Positions 57,459 to 64,000 of a stretch of 64,000 nt of DNA are shown here, piece by piece; position 1 is the first letter of the stretch, and the number at the start of each line of letters is the position of its first letter. Below the pieces are notes generated by a model. The model was not told the origin of the DNA and ran no database searches. It worked only from the letters and a program-made list of their open reading frames with translations. The translations under genes and the position numbers were made by a program. This DNA is from an uncultured Candidatus Berkelbacteria bacterium (GTDB lineage Bacteria > Patescibacteriota > UBA1384 > UBA12157 > JAENIV01). The stretch spans positions 798,131 through 862,130 of the forward strand of contig OY969116.1 in the NCBI GenBank assembly GCA_963698075.1. The letters are read 5' to 3'.

Positions 57459-58070
57459 CTATTGACTTAACTTAAAGCTGGCGATTATGCCGGCTGTATC
57501 ATTATCTAAATTAAAATCACTTGGAGGATTACCATTAGCATGACTCCAACCAAAGGCATACTGACTATTTTTAGTAATTAAGGTATCGTGTGGTCCATCG
57601 GATGCTTCGACGTCATTCCATTGAGAAAGGGTATAAACGCTAATGGCAAATGGTGAATAAAAACCAGCATCTGCCGTGCTATCCCCGGTGGCATTTTTGT
57701 CAGTGGTTGGGACATTTATATAATAAGTTATCTCCGCGCCGGCGATATTTGCTTCTTTCATTTTGTAGCCCTCCCAAGTTGCCGGGAAAGTTAAAGTAAA
57801 ACCATATTTGGTGTTGGTGTAAGTCAGATCTGATGACGAAGATTTACTGGGAGAAGATGTTGGACTAGCACTAGTTTTAGCGCTGGGTGAAGCTGTGATT
57901 GATTTTGTTGGACTTGGGCTAGCAGTGACTGTTGTTTTGGATCCCTTATAGATTCCAAAGTAATAGTATAAACCGCCGCCAATAATCACGATTGCTAAAA
58001 CAATCAACAGCCATTTTAGATTGCTTTCCGGCGCTGGTGCCACCGGTTTAGATGGTTGTGGTTGATTCAT
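57459..58070 (-). CDS. membrane-anchored secreted protein with Ser/Thr-rich linker, hypothetical
   Basis: N-terminal TM helix, a TASPSPTKS... low-complexity linker, and a C-terminal globular part. Confidence 0.4.
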   Translation of the reverse strand: MNQPQPSKPVAPAPESNLKWLLIVLAIVIIGGGLYYYFGIYKGSKTTVTASPSPTKSITASPSAKTSASPTSSPSKSSSSDLTYTNTKYGFTLTFPATWEGYKMKEANIAGAEITYYINVPTTDKNATGDSTADAGFYSPFAISVYTLSQWNDVEASDGPHDTLITKNSQYAFGWSHANGNPPSDFNLDNDTAGIIASFKLSQ

Positions 58071-58094
58071 AATTCCTCCTTAGTTGAATATTTC

Positions 58095-58376
58095 TTATGG
58101 TGTTGCTGATGGTGTTGGAGTAGGTGGGGATGTCGGCGATGGCGAGGGAGTAGGTGTGGGAGAGGGCGACGGGCTCGGCGATGGCGAGGGAGTAGGGGTT
58201 TTTGTTGGCGTCAATGACGGGCTGGGACTGGGTGAAGGTGATGGCGATAGTGAAGGTGTGTGAGTAATCGTAAAAGAAGGACTTGGACTTTCCGAAGTCT
58301 CTGCCTTGGCTCCGATTTTATTTTTTAAATAAAAACCTCCCAGTGTTAAGATAAATGAGCCGACAGCAACAATCAT
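58095..58376 (-). CDS. membrane-anchored protein with (PS/PT)n repeat tail, hypothetical
   Basis: Start placed at MIVAVGSF, because the longer ORF overlaps the dnaB start. The tail is [15 protein letters not shown] repeats. Confidence 0.35.
   Translation of the reverse strand: MIVAVGSFILTLGGFYLKNKIGAKAETSESPSPSFTITHTPSLSPSPSPSPSPSLTPTKTPTPSPSPSPSPSPTPTPSPSPTSPPTPTPSATP
58135..58200. repeat. coding tandem repeat (GGCGATGGCGAGGGAGTAGG x2) specifying (SP/TP)n
   Basis: Direct read. Confidence 0.5.
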
Positions 58377-58570
58377 AAATAAAAGCCATTTGGGAAATCT
58401 TGGCTTGGCTGGAATCGCTGGTCGGATTGTTTGATAGGACTGATTCAAATTATTCCTACTATATATAGTATACACTTTTTCCACTGAATCCACATCTTCC
58501 ACACCGTTGACAGCATTGATAGCATTATAGCAATATGCAATTGTGGATAAAATCTTTTTCAAGGAGACGA

Positions 58571-59917
58571 ATGGCTGATCTTGTTGCCAAAATTCCACCG
58601 CAAAACATTGAAGCTGAACAATCAGTTTTGGGTTCTCTTTTAATGGATAAAGATGCCATTATTAAAGTCGCTGATATTTTGAGAACCGATGATTTTTATC
58701 GTGAAGACCACGCCACCATTTACGGTTGTATTTTGAAGCTTTTTGAAAAGCGCAAACCGATTGATGTCGTTACTTTAACTGACGAACTCGAAAAAGATAA
58801 AAAGCTCAAAGATGTCGGTGGTGCTTCTTACATTACCACTTTAGTCAATTCGGTGCCGACGTCAGCCCATGTGACGACCTATGCCAATATTGTTCATCAA
58901 AAAGCCACTTTAAGACGTCTTATTTCTGCCGCCGCCTCGATCACAGAGATCGGTTTTGATGAAACCGCAGATCTAGAAACGATTTTAGATAAAGCCGAAA
59001 GTACTCTTTTTAGCGTTTCTCAGAAATATGTCAAGCAATATTTTACGCCGATTAAGGACGTCCTAGAAGAATCATTCGATCGAATTGATAAACTTCACAA
59101 AGAAAAAGGCGTTCTCCGCGGAGTGCCGACAGGTTTCCGGGATTTGGATAATCTCTTGGCTGGTCTCCAACGCTCGGATTTAATAGTGCTGGCTGCCCGG
59201 CCTTCGATTGGCAAGTCATCACTGGCTTTAAATATAGCTGATCATGTGGCTTGCGAGGCAAAATTGCCAGTCGGTCTTTTTTCTTTGGAAATGTCCAAAG
59301 AGCAGGTGATTGATCGCTTTTTGTGTTTGCGCGGTTCAGTTGATTCTTGGAAACTAAGAACCGGCAATTTAGAAGATGAAGATTTTGGCAAATTAAACTA
59401 TGCCATGGGCGTACTTTCCGAGGCGCCGATTTTTATTGACGACTCGCCCTTTTTAAACGTGATGGAAATTAGAACCAAGGCCCGCCGTCTCCAAGTTGAA
59501 CATGATTTAGGACTAATTATTATTGATTATATGCAGCTTATGTCTGGCATGGGAACGCGCAATGTTGATAACCGTGTCCAAGAAGTTTCGGAAATTTCTC
59601 GCTCTTTGAAAGCCCTGGCGCGGGAATTAAATGTGCCGGTTTTAGCGATTTCTCAACTTTCTCGGGCGGTTGAACACCGTCCCGACAAACGGCCGATGCT
59701 CGCTGATTTGCGTGAATCTGGCAGTATCGAGCAGGATGCTGATGTCGTGATGTTCATCTATCGCGACGATTATTACGACAAAGATTCCGACAAAAAAAAT
59801 CTCGCCGAGATTTTAATCCGTAAACATCGCAATGGTCCGACTGGCGATATTGAGCTCTATTTTAAACCCGAATTTATGAAGTTTGCCTCAGTTGAGAAAA
59901 AAATAAAAGAAGAGTAG
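58571..59917 (+). CDS. dnaB: replicative DNA helicase
   Basis: [17 protein letters not shown]-terminus, Walker A GKSSLALN, no intein. Confidence 0.95.
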   Translation: MADLVAKIPPQNIEAEQSVLGSLLMDKDAIIKVADILRTDDFYREDHATIYGCILKLFEKRKPIDVVTLTDELEKDKKLKDVGGASYITTLVNSVPTSAHVTTYANIVHQKATLRRLISAAASITEIGFDETADLETILDKAESTLFSVSQKYVKQYFTPIKDVLEESFDRIDKLHKEKGVLRGVPTGFRDLDNLLAGLQRSDLIVLAARPSIGKSSLALNIADHVACEAKLPVGLFSLEMSKEQVIDRFLCLRGSVDSWKLRTGNLEDEDFGKLNYAMGVLSEAPIFIDDSPFLNVMEIRTKARRLQVEHDLGLIIIDYMQLMSGMGTRNVDNRVQEVSEISRSLKALARELNVPVLAISQLSRAVEHRPDKRPMLADLRESGSIEQDADVVMFIYRDDYYDKDSDKKNLAEILIRKHRNGPTGDIELYFKPEFMKFASVEKKIKEE

Positions 59918-59935
59918 GTGGCCTTGACTTTTGTT

Positions 59936-59965
59936 CTCAAATGGTGTATACTATTTTAATATTGA
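59936..59965 (+). promoter_or_regulatory. sigma70-type promoter (TTGACT-17-TGtgTATACT)
   Basis: Consensus elements read directly; precedes a structured non-coding region. Confidence 0.5.
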
Positions 59966-59974
59966 GAATTTAGA

Positions 59975-60255
59975 CGTTAGGGAAAAGGTTAAGAGGAGGG
60001 GATGTTCTCCTAGCCTTATCCCTGCCGTTACCGAAAACCCCGCAAAACTCGCTTCGCTCGTCGCGGGGCAAGCAAAAACAAAAATAAAATGTACTTTACC
60101 AATTACGGCAGGAACGACAGGGTGAAGTTATGCTTTCCTTACTGCAACGCTTAGCGTTGTGGTAGGGACAAAGCCAATTACTTTGCCCTTACCACAAAGG
60201 CGCGACGCGCGGTCAATAATTAAAGTTTATTTGGGCCGATAGCGATCGCGCCTTT
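59975..60255 (+). ncRNA. candidate structured ncRNA of unknown class (~280 nt)
   Basis: Own promoter and terminal hairpin/T-run (GGCGCGA...TCGCGCC-TTTTTTT). Several long hairpins (CCCCGC..GCGGGG; GTGGTAGGG..CCCTTACCAC; CAACGC-tta-GCGTTG). No convincing ORF. Confidence 0.35.
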
Positions 60256-60288
60256 TTTTATCCAAAAATTTTGTTACAATATGTCTAC

Positions 60289-62166
60289 ATGAACTCCAAA
60301 ATTTTTGAAGGACTAAATGAACGTCAGATCGAAGCAGTCAAAACTACTGAAGGGCCTGTTCTAATATTGGCTGGGGCTGGCTCTGGTAAAACTAAAGCCT
60401 TGACACATCGCGTCGCCTATTTAATCCGACATAAAAAAGTTTCGCCCTACAATATTTTAGTCGTTACTTTTACTAACAAGGCGGCCGAAGAAATGATCGG
60501 TCGTATTAATAAACTCCTTGGCCAACAAAAACAAATTCTTCATCAAAAGATTCCCAAATTATTGCCTTGGGCGGGCACTTTCCATTCAATCTCAGCCAAA
60601 ATCCTTAGAAAAGAAATTGAACCATTAGGTTTCCGACGCTCCTTTTTAATTTATGATGAAGACGATTCTTTAAATGCGATCAAACACGCCATGGATACTC
60701 TCGAGATTGATAAAAAACAATACAATCCGACGGCCATAAAAAACTTCATTTCCGGCGCCAAAAACGAACTCATCACATCGACTCAATATCAAAAATATGC
60801 CCAGGGCTACTTTGGCGAGATTGTCCAAAAAGTTTATGCCGAATATCAGAAAGATCTTAAAGCGGCCAATGCTTTAGACTTTGACGATTTGATTATGAAA
60901 ACCGTCCAACTTTTCCAAGAATTTCCCGAAGTGCTCCAGCGCTGGCAAGTATTATTCAAATATATTTTGGTTGATGAATATCAAGACACCAATCACGCCC
61001 AATATATTTTGATTAATCTTTTAGTAAAAAAACATCCCCAGCATGCGAATCTTTTTGTCATTGGCGATGATTATCAAGCCATTTACGGTTTTCGCGGCGC
61101 CAATTTCCGCAACATTTTAGACTTTGAAAAAGACTACCCAAAAGCCAAAGTAATCAAAATGGAGCAAAATTATCGTTCGACCAAAAATATCATCACTGCC
61201 GCCCAAAACGTGATTGAAAAAAATATCTTGCGTTCTGAAAAAGGTCTTTGGACTGAAAATGAAGAAGGGCTACCGGCCACCATTTTTGAAGCCCAAAATG
61301 AAATTGAAGAGGCGGAGTTTATCATTGACGAAATTAATGCTCTCCGGCACATTGGTCGCTACAACGACTTTGTAATTTTATATCGCACCAATGCCCAATC
61401 GCGCATTTTTGAGGAAGTTTTAATGCAGAATAATTTGCCGTATCGGTTAGTCGGAGCCTTGCGGTTTTATGAACGCAAAGAAATCAAAGATATTTTGGCT
61501 TATTTAAAATTAATCGCCAATCCGGCCGACAAAGTATCTTTGCGAAGAATTATCAATGTCCCCCCGCGAGGCATCGGCAAGATGACGAATTATGAATTAC
61601 GAAGCCCGAAAACAGAAAAATTTTATCAAATGTTAGAGGATTTAAGAATATCCGCCAGGCGATTAAAACTGCCCGAACTCATTGATCTGGTGGCAGAAAA
61701 ATCCAGTTATCGCGATTGGGTTTTAGACGGCACCGAAGAAGGAGAGATGAGGTATGAAAATATTTCAGAGCTGAAGTCCGTGGCATCTCGGGCGGATAAC
61801 CCGCCTGCCGGCGAGGCAGGCTTAGAAACGTTTTTAGAAAATGTCACTTTGGTTTCTGATATTGATAATTATGACCGGGCAGCTGATGCGGTCACACTCA
61901 TGACTTTACATAACGCTAAGGGTTTAGAATTTCCAATTGTCTTTATGGTGGGGATGGAAGAAGGTTTGTTTCCTCACGCCCGCTCAATGTTTGAACCTTC
62001 TGAACTTGAAGAAGAACGACGACTCTGCTACGTCGGCATGACCCGAGCCCAGAAACGACTTTATCTAACCTATGCGGCGGCGCGGATGATCTACGGCACC
62101 ACCTCGGCCAATCAACCTTCAAGATTCATCTCAGATATCCCGAATGAATTGACGGAAAGGATCTGA
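60289..62166 (+). CDS. pcrA: ATP-dependent DNA helicase PcrA/UvrD
   Basis: UvrD motifs (AGAGSGKT, DEYQDTN, QNYRST, ...). Contains the in-frame palindrome encoding PPAGEAGL. Confidence 0.95.
   Translation: MNSKIFEGLNERQIEAVKTTEGPVLILAGAGSGKTKALTHRVAYLIRHKKVSPYNILVVTFTNKAAEEMIGRINKLLGQQKQILHQKIPKLLPWAGTFHSISAKILRKEIEPLGFRRSFLIYDEDDSLNAIKHAMDTLEIDKKQYNPTAIKNFISGAKNELITSTQYQKYAQGYFGEIVQKVYAEYQKDLKAANALDFDDLIMKTVQLFQEFPEVLQRWQVLFKYILVDEYQDTNHAQYILINLLVKKHPQHANLFVIGDDYQAIYGFRGANFRNILDFEKDYPKAKVIKMEQNYRSTKNIITAAQNVIEKNILRSEKGLWTENEEGLPATIFEAQNEIEEAEFIIDEINALRHIGRYNDFVILYRTNAQSRIFEEVLMQNNLPYRLVGALRFYERKEIKDILAYLKLIANPADKVSLRRIINVPPRGIGKMTNYELRSPKTEKFYQMLEDLRISARRLKLPELIDLVAEKSSYRDWVLDGTEEGEMRYENISELKSVASRADNPPAGEAGLETFLENVTLVSDIDNYDRAADAVTLMTLHNAKGLEFPIVFMVGMEEGLFPHARSMFEPSELEEERRLCYVGMTRAQKRLYLTYAAARMIYGTTSANQPSRFISDIPNELTERI
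61801..61821. repeat. palindromic element CCGCCTGCCGGCGAGGCAGGC inside pcrA
   Basis: Identical to the dnaE copy; encodes PPAGEAG. Confidence 0.7.
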
Positions 62167-62285
62167 CATCCACGAATCTTTTACACGCACACCGAAGGTA
62201 GGCATGCATAGACGCGAATTGATATTTAAGATAGAATAGAAATGCTATTGGAGGATATATAGTCGTATTTATTATTGCCATTTGG

Positions 62286-63158
62286 ATGGTGCTGGCCAAT
62301 CAACATCCCAACCTTGAACCCACGGTCTCCGGCGTAGTTGATTCTTCTGACCCCAATCATCCGGTTGAGGTTTATTACGGTTCGCCCACCGACCATTCTT
62401 TAGCAGATATGCTTTCTGATCTGGGGATAAGAATTTATGACCAAGATAAATCCAGGGTTTTTCCCGCCCCAGAATTAGGCCTTGGCAGTAAAATTACCAT
62501 TGAGAGAGCTTTACCCGTCGCCGTTGATGATGCGGGTAAGATCTCCATTTTTCGTACTTGGGCAACCCAGGTTAAAGATTTTTTAGGCGAACAAAACATT
62601 ATTTTGGGCGATAAAGATAAAATCAGCCCTGATCTTAATACCTGGTTAAGACCAGAGACGAAAATCACTATTGTCCGAGTCGCGGAAACCGAACTCAAAG
62701 AAGAAGAATCAGTCCCTTTTAAAACTATCAGTAAAAATGATCCGAATATGGACAAAGGCCAGACACACGTCGAGCAGGCAGGTAAAAATGGCACTAAAAT
62801 AAAAACCTATCTTGTGCGTCGCGAAAATGGAATAGAGGTCGCGCGAACGCTTGAAAAAGAAGAAGTCACTCAGGAATCCCAAGATAAAATTGTTTATGTA
62901 GGCACGCGCGTCGTTGTTTTAGGACAAGGAATGGCCAGTTGGTATGATTGGATTTCCGGTATGACCGCCGCCCATAATTCCCTACCGATGGGTTCCTTCG
63001 TTCGCGTCACCGCGGTCAATTCTGGTCGTTCAATTGTCGTCAAAATTGTGGATCGGGGAATCCAGACAGACGCCATCATTGATTTATCCGCCGATGCCTT
63101 TTCGCAGTTGGCACCGCTAGGGGCGGGAATTATCCCCGTGGTTTTGACAAAGGAATAA
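62286..63158 (+). CDS. RlpA-like DPBB domain protein with G5 domain (YabE-like cell-wall protein)
   Basis: G5 domain (KITIVRV...) and C-terminal DPBB (GMASWYD...VRVTAVNSGRSIVVKIVDRG). The true start is probably upstream at a non-ATG codon that adds a TM anchor. Confidence 0.7.
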   Translation: MVLANQHPNLEPTVSGVVDSSDPNHPVEVYYGSPTDHSLADMLSDLGIRIYDQDKSRVFPAPELGLGSKITIERALPVAVDDAGKISIFRTWATQVKDFLGEQNIILGDKDKISPDLNTWLRPETKITIVRVAETELKEEESVPFKTISKNDPNMDKGQTHVEQAGKNGTKIKTYLVRRENGIEVARTLEKEEVTQESQDKIVYVGTRVVVLGQGMASWYDWISGMTAAHNSLPMGSFVRVTAVNSGRSIVVKIVDRGIQTDAIIDLSADAFSQLAPLGAGIIPVVLTKE

Positions 63159-63159
63159 A

Positions 63160-63957
63160 ATGTTTCGTCCTAAAAAAGCCCTGGGGCAAAATTTTTTAAT
63201 CAACGAATCAATCTTACCTACTATTATTAATGCGGCTGAAATCAAAAAAGGCGATATCATTATTGAGATAGGTCCTGGATTAGGAATCCTCACAAAAGCA
63301 CTTTTAGACGCCGGGGCCAAAGTTTTTGCGATTGAAAAAGATTTTGATTTAATTGCCAAATTAACGCAGACTTTTGGCGACCGCAAAAATCTCAAAATCG
63401 TTCACCAAGATGCTTTGTTTTTCGATTTTTCCCATTTTAAGCGCTATAAAGTTGTCTCTAATCTGCCGTTCTATATTGCCTCACCGATAATTAGAAAATT
63501 TTTAGAAAGCCAAAACCAGCCGGAGCTGATGGTTCTGATGATTCAAAAAGAAGTGGCCGAGAAGATTCTCGCCAAGCCGGGGAATTCGGAAAGGGGAATT
63601 CTGACATTATCAGTCGAATTTTACGGCAATGCCGAAATCATCGCCGAAGTCTCAAAAAATAGTTTTCGTCCTCAGCCCAAAGTTGATGCTGCGATTATTA
63701 GGATTAAACCATTAACCCACCCCAGGGGTGGGATAGAACAGGTTGAGCCAAAACAATTTTTTCGCATTGTTAAAGCCGGTTTTTCCGCTAAACGCCAGCA
63801 GATTCATAATTCTTTAACGGCGACATTAAGATTGCCAAAAGACGAAATCGAAAAATGGCTAAAAAAATCCAGCATTGATCCGCAACTCCGCGCCGAGGAT
63901 TTGAGCCTAGAAGATTGGCTGAGACTGAGTCAAAATTGTATACTTAAATTAAGATAA
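63160..63957 (+). CDS. rsmA: 16S rRNA (adenine1518/1519-N6)-dimethyltransferase
   Basis: ALGQNFLIN start and SAM-binding motifs. Confidence 0.9.
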   Translation: MFRPKKALGQNFLINESILPTIINAAEIKKGDIIIEIGPGLGILTKALLDAGAKVFAIEKDFDLIAKLTQTFGDRKNLKIVHQDALFFDFSHFKRYKVVSNLPFYIASPIIRKFLESQNQPELMVLMIQKEVAEKILAKPGNSERGILTLSVEFYGNAEIIAEVSKNSFRPQPKVDAAIIRIKPLTHPRGGIEQVEPKQFFRIVKAGFSAKRQQIHNSLTATLRLPKDEIEKWLKKSSIDPQLRAEDLSLEDWLRLSQNCILKLR

Positions 63958-64000
63958 ATGATGTCAGAAAAAAATGAAATTGAGAAACTTACTGAGACTG

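Noticed and set aside
59931-60125. 64-aa ORF across the dnaB-pcrA intergenic region.
   Set aside because: It starts at a TTG inside the promoter -35/-10 and runs through obvious hairpin structure. Treated as an ncRNA candidate instead.
1-64000. CRISPR arrays, rRNA genes, transposases or integrases.
   Set aside because: No regularly spaced direct repeats, no rRNA-like conserved stretches, and no recombinase or transposase motifs were found in any frame of this window.

Overview
The window is a low-GC (~40-45%) bacterial chromosome segment with short, tightly packed genes. It is likely from a small-genome, Patescibacteria/CPR-like organism, though that is inference. Housekeeping genes dominate: dnaE, rpmA, rplS, gltX, cysS, thrS, trxB, dnaX, dnaB, pcrA/uvrD, rsmA, tRNA-Gln/tRNA-Glu, glycosyltransferases, two-component systems, and a complete minus-strand type IV pilus operon (pilB-pilC-minor pilins-pilX-pilMNO). 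Embedded in this backbone are at least seven short GC-rich (~55-60%) islands. Each has its own consensus sigma70 promoter (TTGACA-N17-tgg-TATAcT) and a GC-rich intrinsic terminator, and each carries non-housekeeping cargo: a W-rich small membrane protein; a small TM protein translationally coupled to a B12-binding radical SAM enzyme; a TAT-signal PHP phosphoesterase; a membrane-anchored hypothetical; a 95-aa hypothetical; an island with no convincing gene; and a compact RiPP-like cassette. The RiPP-like cassette is the strongest candidate for an undescribed system: an 18-aa highly cationic, Cys-free precursor peptide, a stable hairpin, a PqqD-like RRE and a radical SAM/SPASM-twitch maturase. 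Other notable structure: a very AT-rich three-gene island (nucleotidyltransferase, Asp/Glu racemase, ATP-grasp); three decaying direct copies of a histidine-kinase 3' end bracketing an RHH-PIN toxin-antitoxin cassette and a 2H-phosphoesterase-like cassette; a duplicated tautomerase-fold gene pair; a T-box riboswitch ahead of an amino-acid dehydrogenase/aminotransferase operon; an HU-like domain fused to PilB; a ~280-nt structured RNA candidate between dnaB and pcrA; and a GC-rich palindromic ~20-bp element inserted in-frame into dnaE, pcrA and a glutaredoxin gene. No CRISPR array, rRNA or transposase was found.
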